Assembly (NCBI GenBank): GCA_965267575.1
Contig: OZ254086.1
Coordinates: forward strand, 4,416,001 to 4,480,000
DNA: 64,000 nucleotides
Source of the DNA: Calditrichales bacterium
GTDB taxonomy: Bacteria > Calditrichota > Calditrichia > Calditrichales > J004
Direction: 5' to 3'
Position numbers and translations under genes: made by a program. This document shows, one piece after another, positions 39,779-48,092 of the stretch. Each line of letters begins with the position of its first letter. Position 1 is the stretch's first letter. A model generated the notes under the pieces. That model had not been told where the DNA came from, made no database searches, and saw only the letters and a program-made list of their open reading frames with translations.

Positions 39779-40396
39779 ATGACTTTGGCCGAAAAAAGAA
39801 TCTGCGATTTCATTCAATCACGTTATCCAGATGACTATTATCCTACGCAATTACTACCAAAACCCTACCACGGAAAAGGACCCATTAAGGCAATTATTGT
39901 TGGGGCAGATCCAACTTTTAAGAAAAATAACGGTCAATATAGAGTAGTGTTTGGGCTAGATAAAGAAACAAATGAAGAAAATGAAAAATCGCCCTTTTTT
40001 AAATCAGTCATGCAAAACCTGAAGTGTTTAGGCTATAGTCTGGATAATATCTATGTTCAAAATCTCGCCAGAAATTATTTCAAAGAAGAGACCTCAAAAA
40101 ATAAGGTATGGACGGAATACGCTCTTTTGTGGCGAGATGAATTAAAAAAGGATCTGGACGGAAAGTTTTCCCCGGATATACCTGTTCTTGTAACAGCGGA
40201 AATAATCTTAAAGGTGCTTGTTCATAAAAATGAATTAAAAAAAACAACAGCCGGTAAGATTTATTCAGAGCAATTGTCTTTTACAAGCGATCAGAACTAT
40301 CTCAAAAGACCGCTCTACGCCTTTTACAGGCACTATAAATATAAGCTGGAAAATCAGACGGATTATAAAAATTACTTATTGATGCGTCTACATTAA
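39779..40396 (+). CDS. Hypothetical protein, uracil-DNA glycosylase-like fold suspected
   Basis: IIVGADPT motif A, IYVQNL, C-terminal YRH; AT-rich. Confidence 0.5.
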   Translation: MTLAEKRICDFIQSRYPDDYYPTQLLPKPYHGKGPIKAIIVGADPTFKKNNGQYRVVFGLDKETNEENEKSPFFKSVMQNLKCLGYSLDNIYVQNLARNYFKEETSKNKVWTEYALLWRDELKKDLDGKFSPDIPVLVTAEIILKVLVHKNELKKTTAGKIYSEQLSFTSDQNYLKRPLYAFYRHYKYKLENQTDYKNYLLMRLH

Positions 40397-40405
40397 CTTG
40401 CACCC

Positions 40406-41356
40406 TCAAAATGGCAGCCTCGTCACATCCACGTTGCCGCCGCTTAGGATGATACCCACGCGTTTGCCCGCAAAAATCTCCTTTTTCTTCAAAACCGCTG
40501 CAAGCGGCACGGCCGACGACGGCTCGATGATAAGCTTAGTCCTTTCCCAAAAGGTGCGCATAGCCTCGACGATCTCTTCTTCGCTTACCGTGATGATTTG
40601 AACGTCGTGCTGCCGCAGGCAGGTAAAAGTGCGTTCACTCAAGGACGTCTTTAGACCATCGGCGATGGTGTCTTTGTTTGTGGCCGGCTGGCGTTCAGCG
40701 CTTTGCAGAGAACGGAAGGCATCATCGGCCTGCTGCGGCTCCCCGGCAAAAAGCTTTGTTTGCGGGCTCAATGCCGCCAGTGTGATGCTGCTGCCGCTCA
40801 TCAATCCGCCGCCGCCCACCGGTGCAATAAACAGGTCCATGTGGCGATCCATCTGCTGCCACAGCTCCAGCGCCGCCGTGCCCTGCCCCGCTATCACCCG
40901 CACATCATCGTAAGGATGTATGAACTCCGCGCCGCTTTTTTCGATGATGGCATTGGCCGTTTCCTCGCGCGATTGCTGCGTCGGTTGGCAGAAAACAATC
41001 TCCGCGCCATACGCAGCCACCGCCTTTTTCTTTATCTCCGGCGCCGTCTCCGGCATCACCACCCAGGCCTTGATGCCCCGCCAGCGTGCCGCCTGCGCCA
41101 GTGCCGCGCCGTGGTTTCCCGATGAATGGGTAATTACGCCCCGTTTAGCCGTGGACTCATCAAGGCAGAATACGGCATTCGTTGCACCGCGTATTTTAAA
41201 GGCCCCGACCTTTTGCAGATTCTCGCACTTAAAAAAAAGTGACGCCCCCGTTTGCTTATCAAAATAACGGCTGGTGAGCGCCGGCGTACGATGAATATGT
41301 CCGGATATAAGGCGGTGCGCTTTTTCAATATCGGAAAATGCAGGTAGCAGGTTCAT
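40406..41356 (-). CDS. PLP-dependent serine/threonine dehydratase (serine racemase-like)
   Basis: KCENLQKVGAFKIRGA, SSGNH, PVGGGGL, ADGL, EPSSA, SGGNVD. Confidence 0.92.
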   Translation of the reverse strand: MNLLPAFSDIEKAHRLISGHIHRTPALTSRYFDKQTGASLFFKCENLQKVGAFKIRGATNAVFCLDESTAKRGVITHSSGNHGAALAQAARWRGIKAWVVMPETAPEIKKKAVAAYGAEIVFCQPTQQSREETANAIIEKSGAEFIHPYDDVRVIAGQGTAALELWQQMDRHMDLFIAPVGGGGLMSGSSITLAALSPQTKLFAGEPQQADDAFRSLQSAERQPATNKDTIADGLKTSLSERTFTCLRQHDVQIITVSEEEIVEAMRTFWERTKLIIEPSSAVPLAAVLKKKEIFAGKRVGIILSGGNVDVTRLPF

Positions 41357-41491
41357 TTTGGTTCGACTCTTCTGATTTCGTTGTGTAGATTTGGATAGAA
41401 TGGTATAAGGTTGCGCGACAATATTAACAATCTTTGACCTTTCTTTAAAGCCCTGCAAGACATAACTCTGCGCCATTGACAAGGAGGAGCC

Positions 41492-42049
41492 ATGAACGAA
41501 GAACACCTTGAATTCCTGCGTTACCCAGTTGGCAGAGACGATCTGCCCGGGAAAATTGGCCGACAGCAGATCAATGAATGGATTGATGTGCTGGAGAGAT
41601 TCCCCGAAGAGCTGGGTGACCTTGTAAAAAGCCTGAATGAAGAGCAGCTAAATACCCCCTACCGTCCGGACGGATGGACGGTGCGCCAGGTGGTGCATCA
41701 TGTGGCGGACAGCCATGCCAACAGCTATATCCGTTTCCGCTGGGCGCTGACGGAAGACGCGCCGGTCATTAAAGTGTATGACCAGGACAGATGGGCCCAG
41801 CTGCCCGATGCGAGGATGGCGCCGGTTGCCGTTTCGCTGGAAATGATAGAGGCCATCCACAAGCGCTGGGTGCTGCTTTTACGCTCCCTTTCACAAAAAG
41901 ACTGGGCGCGCAAGCTCACCAATCCTGAAAAGAAGCAAACCCTGCGTCTGGATGAGCTGCTGGGTCATTACGCCTGGCACAGCCGCCACCACTATGCCCA
42001 CATCGAGCGGGTGATCCGCAGGAATGCCTGGAATGAGATGGTGGTGTAA
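41492..42049 (+). CDS. YfiT/BstA family bacillithiol transferase (DinB superfamily)
   Basis: LRYPVG, TPYRPDGWTVRQVVHHVADSH, YAWHSRHH. Confidence 0.92.
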   Translation: MNEEHLEFLRYPVGRDDLPGKIGRQQINEWIDVLERFPEELGDLVKSLNEEQLNTPYRPDGWTVRQVVHHVADSHANSYIRFRWALTEDAPVIKVYDQDRWAQLPDARMAPVAVSLEMIEAIHKRWVLLLRSLSQKDWARKLTNPEKKQTLRLDELLGHYAWHSRHHYAHIERVIRRNAWNEMVV

Positions 42050-42087
42050 AAAGGATTTATTCATGCAAATGCACAAGGAGAAGTGAA

Positions 42088-42705
42088 ATGAAAAGCTTAA
42101 TGTGGATAATCGTTATTCCGTCGATTGTGCTTTGTCAGGGTCATGTGCTTTCGAAGGGGGAAAAGGGCATACTCGTCGGTGGACAGCTTGCGCTGGGTAA
42201 GCTTTCCGGAACATTTGTATCTGAACTTGGCATAACTCCGACGGGAACCGGCGAGGTCGGTCTGGCCTATAGTAAGACCCACGTTGATGAAAACGGTGAT
42301 GTATTGGAGCTTATTATCCCTTTTGTCCGTTTTCATCCCGGTAAAGACAAACAGGATAGATTGCTGGCGCCATTCGCATCTTTCGCCTATACCATCGGCA
42401 AGTCCACAGAGAGTAATAATTTGGCCGGTTTTCAGGTGGTGGCGGGCGTTTCTAAAAAGTTTGATTTAAAAGAGGACCTTAGCTTAATGCCGACATTCGC
42501 CTATGCTTTTTCTTTTATGAGTACATCAAGACACGCGCAGGGACAGTATGTTGCGGGGAGTTCAGGGATTGCGCTGCGTCTGCCCCTGTTATTTAAAATG
42601 GGCAAAAGCGAGTATTTTGAACTTTATCCCGGCGTTTCGATCTCCCAATATATCACTGTATACTCTATTGGCGCGGCGTTTGTCTTTGGGTTGGGGGATA
42701 ATTAA
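42088..42705 (+). CDS. Hypothetical exported protein, probable outer-membrane beta-barrel
   Basis: Signal peptide; amphipathic beta strands. Confidence 0.55.
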   Translation: MKSLMWIIVIPSIVLCQGHVLSKGEKGILVGGQLALGKLSGTFVSELGITPTGTGEVGLAYSKTHVDENGDVLELIIPFVRFHPGKDKQDRLLAPFASFAYTIGKSTESNNLAGFQVVAGVSKKFDLKEDLSLMPTFAYAFSFMSTSRHAQGQYVAGSSGIALRLPLLFKMGKSEYFELYPGVSISQYITVYSIGAAFVFGLGDN

Positions 42706-42790
42706 CCGTTATCGCCGCTTGACTCGTTTAAAGACTTTTAGTATTGAAAATACAAAACACTATAGTTTTTTATAAAATAATGGATTTACT

Positions 42791-44392
42791 ATGAAAAGGA
42801 TTTATTGGCTTATTATCTTAAGTGCTTCTTTTATTTTCTCACAAGTAAATTTCAAAACGCACTGGATTTCGCAATTTTATGGACCCGATTCCATTTCTTT
42901 TGTAAATGATATTGTTGTTGATGATTCAAGTAATGTTTATATCCTTGGAACAACATTTTCTCAAGATAATGGTGATGATATATTTGTAGTTAAGTACGAT
43001 GTTAATGGAAAAGAAAAATGGAATGTTTTATTTAATGGTTCAACTAATTCATGGGATACCGGTAGTTCAATTACGATTGATAATCTTGGGGATATATTAG
43101 TATCAGGTAATATTTCTAATCAAAGCACATATACCAATATACTTTTAGCAAAAATGAGTCGGAATGGTGTACTTTCCTGGAAGTATAATGGTTCAGACAG
43201 CTTATATGTTTCAATAAAAAAAATTGTGATTGATAATTCAAATAATATCTTTTTGACAGGAAAATCTAATAATAAAGTTAGTGCATTTAAATTTGACGCA
43301 AGCGGAAAATTACTTTGGGAATACAGTCTAGACAAAGATAAAATAGGGTTCAGTCAAGTTTCCGACATTGAAATTGATGATAAATCAAATGTATACATCA
43401 CGGGTATGGCATGGAATGATAGTGTAAATAATTATGATATCTTTTTATCTAAGATTGATTCCAGTGGCTTAGAAATTTTTGCCCATTTATATAATGGTAT
43501 AGGAAATAATGATGACAATGGTTTGGATTTAATAGTTGATAAAGATAATATTTTAATTACGGGCAAATCATCTGATAATAATAATTATACAAATTTTATT
43601 ACTCTCAAATTAAATTCTAACGGCATTATAAAAAATGAACTTTATTTTGATGATACTGATAATGAAGATTCATTTTTTATTGCTCTGGATTCACAAAAAA
43701 ATATTTATGTTTGTGGTCGTGGAAAATATGCAACAGACTATGATATAGTACTTGTTAAATACGACAATGATGCGTCTTTCTCGTGGATGAGAAGGTTTAA
43801 TGGGACTGGAAATGGATGGGATGAAGCAAGGGGATTATCAATTGATTCAAGTGATAGAATAATTGTTACTGGTACTACATGGACTAATAATAGACAAGGA
43901 GATTTTATTACTCTTGCCTACGATGCTGATGGAAATTTACTTTCAAAGGTATATTATGATAATATGATTAATGAAAACGATGGGGCGGATGATATATTCT
44001 TAGATAAAAATGGCGATATTTATGTAACAGGTTTAAGCTATATAGATAATATAAACCATCATGTTACAACCACTATAAAATATGGTTTAGAAATTCCCTC
44101 TCTTATCAATGCTCAATTTAATTCGATTCCAAAAACAATAGTATATCAGAATTATCCAAATCCATTTAACCCAATAACGACTATTGAATATGAATTAGAA
44201 ACTAAGAGCGACGTTAAAATTTATATTTACGATATTTCCGGTAGAAAAGTAAAAACTTTAGTGAATCAAAACCAAAATTCTGGAAAGCATTCTGTTACTT
44301 TAGATGCATCTGATCTAGCAAGTGGAGTTTATATTTACAAACTAAATGCTGGTTCGTTTGAACAAAGTCGTAAAATGTTGTTGGTGCGTTAA
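42791..44392 (+). CDS. SBBP beta-propeller repeat protein with T9SS-type-A-like C-terminal sorting domain
   Basis: Repeats D..(G)N(V/I)Y(I/V)TG..D(I/F)..(V)KYD..G; QNYPNPFNP..LASGVYIYKL..RKMLLVR; visibly AT-rich; followed by attC. Confidence 0.9.
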   Translation: MKRIYWLIILSASFIFSQVNFKTHWISQFYGPDSISFVNDIVVDDSSNVYILGTTFSQDNGDDIFVVKYDVNGKEKWNVLFNGSTNSWDTGSSITIDNLGDILVSGNISNQSTYTNILLAKMSRNGVLSWKYNGSDSLYVSIKKIVIDNSNNIFLTGKSNNKVSAFKFDASGKLLWEYSLDKDKIGFSQVSDIEIDDKSNVYITGMAWNDSVNNYDIFLSKIDSSGLEIFAHLYNGIGNNDDNGLDLIVDKDNILITGKSSDNNNYTNFITLKLNSNGIIKNELYFDDTDNEDSFFIALDSQKNIYVCGRGKYATDYDIVLVKYDNDASFSWMRRFNGTGNGWDEARGLSIDSSDRIIVTGTTWTNNRQGDFITLAYDADGNLLSKVYYDNMINENDGADDIFLDKNGDIYVTGLSYIDNINHHVTTTIKYGLEIPSLINAQFNSIPKTIVYQNYPNPFNPITTIEYELETKSDVKIYIYDISGRKVKTLVNQNQNSGKHSVTLDASDLASGVYIYKLNAGSFEQSRKMLLVR

Positions 44393-44415
44393 ACATGCTC
44401 ACACGACTGGCTATG

Positions 44416-44511
44416 GCATAACAAATCACTTAACTCGGACGCTCCTGCCGGATGGTGATTTTCGGTTTGAAGAACATGCAGCATTTCGCGTAGGTTAGTT
44501 CAGCGCTAAGG
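44416..44511 (+). mobile_element. Integron attC site (R' box mutated)
   Basis: R'' GCATAAC, 5 nt, L'' ACTTAACT ... L' GGTTAGT, 5 nt, R' GCTAAGG (GTT changed to GCT). Confidence 0.75.
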
Positions 44512-44606
44512 AGCACAACTCTAAAATAAATATTTCTATTTGCTTTATTCGTTGTAATTTTCCAACAGCAATACCAATAATATAGTTTTCCAATTAAGCT
44601 TAAAGC

Positions 44607-44820
44607 ATGATCGTTAACCCCGCACATATAATACTCGCTCTCCTGCTTCTGTTTGTCTGCGCAAAGAGCTCGGCGCTGGCGTTGCGGGCAGGACTAAGCC
44701 GGCCTATGCTTAAGCTAACCATCGTTAATTTAACACTAGCGAGCTGGAATTGGTTGTAAGTGTAACGGCGGCCCTGTCGTAAAAAGGCGATATCTCGGTT
44801 GGCAATGTGGTCGTCTCCAA
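44607..44820 (+). pseudogene. Degenerate 5' fragment of the Ca2+/Na+ antiporter gene (copy of 51233-51462)
   Basis: ATGATCGTTAACCCCGCACATATA..GGCGATATCTCGGTTGGCAATGTGGTCG aligns with the antiporter 5' end, with indels and stops. Confidence 0.85.
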
Positions 44821-45061
44821 TCGAAAAACTGTTTTGTAAACGGGTATTTTATATTTTCAATAAAACTACTTAATAATGTTACTACACATATAGGGAATAC
44901 AAAATTTATAAAGATGGGTATAAAACAAAGATGATTGAAAGTTTACGACTTCAGGTTACCAGCGGCCACCAAAATCATTCATGTAGTCTCACGCTAAATT
45001 GCACGTTTGGAATAGAAACTATCCAGACGGCGACTCCCCGGAGCCGCCGTGAAGAGGTCCG

Positions 45062-46762
45062 ATGCTGAAAGCACTCCCGGCAGAGATCATGGCAATGGTC
45101 GGCAGCCGCCGCGGCCGTCGCAATCTGCGTGTACTGGTTCGTTTCTTTCTGGTACTCGTAGCGATGATCACCGTCTACTCCGTACTGTTTCATATACTGA
45201 TGTTGCGGGAGGGACAGGACCACACCTGGATCACCGGCTTCTATTGGACACTTACGGTGATGTCAACCCTTGGCTTCGGGGATATTACCTTCCATACGGA
45301 CATCGGTCGTCTTTTCTCGATCGTTGTATTGCTATCGGGAACTACTTTCCTGCTCGTACTGCTCCCTTTTACCTTTATCGAATTCTTCTACCAGCCCTGG
45401 ATGAATGCGCAGGCCGCCGCTCGTGCGCCGCGCGGGCTTCCGGCCTATATGAAGGGCCATGTGCTTCTCACAAACTACGATGCCGTAACGAGTGCCTTAA
45501 TCCGCCGTCTGGAGCAGTACCACTACCCTTATGCATTGCTGGTATCTGAGGTGGATGACGCGCTGCGTCTGCACGACCTCGGGCTGAACGTGGTGGTGGG
45601 CGATCTTGATGATCCGGAGACCTGGACACGTACACGCGTTGAGGCGGCTGCTCTTGTCGCCAGTACCGCCAGCGATGCCACAAATACTAATGTGGCCTTC
45701 ACGGTGCGGGGACTTGCCAAAGATTTGCCTATCATCACCTCGGCCAAGGACGAGGCCTCGGTGGATATTCTGAAGCTTGCCGGTAGCAGCCATGTGCTTC
45801 GTCTCGCGGAAAAGATCGGCCAGTCGTTTGCCAGGCGTACAGTTGGCGGCGACGCGATGGCACACGTTATCGGAGAATTTGATGAGCTGCTGATCGCCGA
45901 GGCGACGACACACCGAACGCCACTGGTTGGAAAGACGCTTCGGGAGAGCCGACTGCGCGAAAATGTGGGGGTCACCGTGGCCGGCGTCTGGGAGCGGGGT
46001 CGCTTCGAATCTGCCCGGCCCGAAACCATGATCAACGACAACACGGTGCTGGTACTGGTGGGCTCGAAGGAGCATCTGTTCCGCTACAACGGGCTCTTCA
46101 CCATCTACAACGTTACGGACGCGCCTGTAGTGATCCTGGGCGGAGGACGTGTGGGCCGTGCGACTGCTTCAGGTCTGATGCAACGGGATGTGGACTACCG
46201 CATTGTAGAATTACTTCCCGAGCGCATTCGCGATAAGAAGAAGTACGTACTCGGAAACGCCGCCGACCTGGCCGTACTCGAAAAGGCCGGTATCCGAAAA
46301 ACCTCCACTGTAATTATTACGACCCATGACGACGACGTGAATGTCTATCTTACCATCTACTGCCGGCAGCTTCGCCCGGACATCCAGATCCTGAGCCGTG
46401 CCACCCACGAACGCAACGTAGCGACACTGCATCGCGCCGGAGCGGATATGGTGCTGTCTTACGCGTCCATGGGCGCGAGCTCAATCATTAACCTGCTCCA
46501 GCGCAGCAAAATCCTGATGATTGCAGAGGGCCTGGATCTGTTTAAGGTGCCAGTACCGGCCGATCTGGCCGGCAAGACTATCGCAGATTGCGCCATCCGC
46601 GAAAAGTCCGGCTGCAGCGTGGTGGCAATCCGCACCGGACAAGGCATGGAGATCGCACCGAATCCTTCCCAAACACTACCGGCAGACGCAGATATCGTCT
46701 TGATCGGTACCGCCGATGCAGAGGAACGCTTCCTTGAGCTTTACAAGAAAGGCCTGGTATAG
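45062..46762 (+). CDS. Potassium channel protein with tandem TrkA-N/TrkA-C (RCK) domains
   Basis: Pore motif TVMSTLGFGD, two RCK repeats, ILGGGRVG. Confidence 0.9.
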   Translation: MLKALPAEIMAMVGSRRGRRNLRVLVRFFLVLVAMITVYSVLFHILMLREGQDHTWITGFYWTLTVMSTLGFGDITFHTDIGRLFSIVVLLSGTTFLLVLLPFTFIEFFYQPWMNAQAAARAPRGLPAYMKGHVLLTNYDAVTSALIRRLEQYHYPYALLVSEVDDALRLHDLGLNVVVGDLDDPETWTRTRVEAAALVASTASDATNTNVAFTVRGLAKDLPIITSAKDEASVDILKLAGSSHVLRLAEKIGQSFARRTVGGDAMAHVIGEFDELLIAEATTHRTPLVGKTLRESRLRENVGVTVAGVWERGRFESARPETMINDNTVLVLVGSKEHLFRYNGLFTIYNVTDAPVVILGGGRVGRATASGLMQRDVDYRIVELLPERIRDKKKYVLGNAADLAVLEKAGIRKTSTVIITTHDDDVNVYLTIYCRQLRPDIQILSRATHERNVATLHRAGADMVLSYASMGASSIINLLQRSKILMIAEGLDLFKVPVPADLAGKTIADCAIREKSGCSVVAIRTGQGMEIAPNPSQTLPADADIVLIGTADAEERFLELYKKGLV

Positions 46763-46963
46763 AGATTTATACGCATGGAAGCAGCAGCCCCAAAAAGTTA
46801 GGGGTTGATGGAGCAACCCGGGTCAACCTCTATCTTTTTCATTATCTTACTCATTATCCGTTTTTTGCAAATCCGCCCTTACAAATACGCTGGCGCATCA
46901 AAATTCCGGATATCTTAACCCTGGCGATTTGAGATGCAGCCTGGGCCCTTCAGTTTATTTATT

Positions 46964-47121
46964 GTGGGGATATCTGTTTTCCAAATATCACGCGTGTGGG
47001 AATGATATGTTACCAAATTTTCCACATAACAACACCATTTGCATAGTATTTGGAAAAATAGTTTTTTTGCGCTGACGTATTATGTATTTTTGTAGAAAAC
47101 TATATAATAAAATTGTTATAC
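46964..47121 (+). mobile_element. attI-like integron platform, copy A
   Basis: ~154-bp repeat with 57245-57398, ending ACTATATAATAAAATT-GTTATAC; the core matches R'' GTATAAC of the downstream attC. Confidence 0.75.
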
Positions 47122-47155
47122 ACGCCAAGTAAAATAATCAAATTAAGGGAATTAT

Positions 47156-47908
47156 ATGAATGAAAGTTTAAGACAATCCATGGATGAAAAATATCCAGAA
47201 TACAAGCTGTACTCTCAAAAATCTATAAACATAGCTACTGGTATGGGATCAATTATAGCAGGGTCATTTTTTTTAGCATCCAATCTAAAAAAACTTGGAC
47301 GTTCTGACGAGGTATTGCAAACGTATATTTTGGGAGTTGTGTCATTTGCAATAATTATCTTTTCACTAATCAAGATACCAATGGCTGATAAAATACCTGG
47401 TGTTTTAATTCAACTTATCCAAGTCGGGATTATCTATTTATTTGCTAATTACAAAATTGGAAGTGACCTAAATGCACACGACGAAAAGAAAGGGTCCTTT
47501 TATTCAAATTGGCGTACAACTGGTATTTCTTTGTTACTTCTTCCGCTAGTTATTGGTGTCTTAATTGGCGTTAATTTACTAGGCGAAACCAAAGTTGATT
47601 TTGGTAACGATCAATTTGTTTACTATGAATATGAGGCCACTGAAGAAAATGCAAAAACACTTGGTAACTATTTACTCAAAATAGAATTCTTTGGTAGTGA
47701 TACACCTATCGATGTGACAATTAGGAAGGTTGAAAATGATATAGATATAAAATTTATTCTTGCTGATGATTCTTGGTTAAATCCAGAAGTTGTTAATTTT
47801 TTCAGTTTAGTAAGACAAGAATTAATCAGAGATGTTTTTAAAGGAGAAAATGTCAATATAATATTATGCGATGTCTTCTCTAACGCTAAAAAAACAATAT
47901 CTGAATAA
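47156..47908 (+). CDS. Gene-cassette membrane protein, hypothetical
   Basis: AT-rich; LYSQKSI..G..AG.F.LASNLKKLG; four TMs plus a soluble C-terminus; lies between attI-like copy A and attC. Confidence 0.8.
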   Translation: MNESLRQSMDEKYPEYKLYSQKSINIATGMGSIIAGSFFLASNLKKLGRSDEVLQTYILGVVSFAIIIFSLIKIPMADKIPGVLIQLIQVGIIYLFANYKIGSDLNAHDEKKGSFYSNWRTTGISLLLLPLVIGVLIGVNLLGETKVDFGNDQFVYYEYEATEENAKTLGNYLLKIEFFGSDTPIDVTIRKVENDIDIKFILADDSWLNPEVVNFFSLVRQELIRDVFKGENVNIILCDVFSNAKKTISE

Positions 47909-47916
47909 AAAGGCAT

Positions 47917-48013
47917 GTATAACAAAATGTTGTATGCGGAATTTTACGCATAACGATGATTTTCAACCGGAAGTGCATTCAGCGCAAAATCCGGTAAACA
48001 TTAATCGTTATGT
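47917..48013 (+). mobile_element. Integron attC site
   Basis: R'' GTATAAC; arms TGTT[G]TATGCGGAATTTT / AAAATCCGGTAAACA; R' GTTATGT. Confidence 0.85.
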
Positions 48014-48092
48014 GCAAAAAAATGAAATCAAATTACTGAAAGCGACGCCATATCGTTATACGCTACGAAACTGGAGCCTAATAGTCACTACA

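Noticed and set aside
45026..45050. Hairpin ACGGCGACTCC/GGAGCCGCCGT before the K+ channel as a c-di-AMP riboswitch
   Set aside because: It lacks the recognisable ydaO consensus elements; only a single hairpin is present.
46765..46963. Possible integrase remnant, or an attC after the K+ channel gene
   Set aside because: There are small hairpins but no RHS/HxLGH/YTH motifs or RYYYAAC..GTTRRRY pair that I can recognise.
47871..48011. ORF-track N-terminal extension of the 1068-aa glycosidase
   Set aside because: It overlaps the upstream gene and reads through the attC site; the signal-peptide-like segment lies further downstream.
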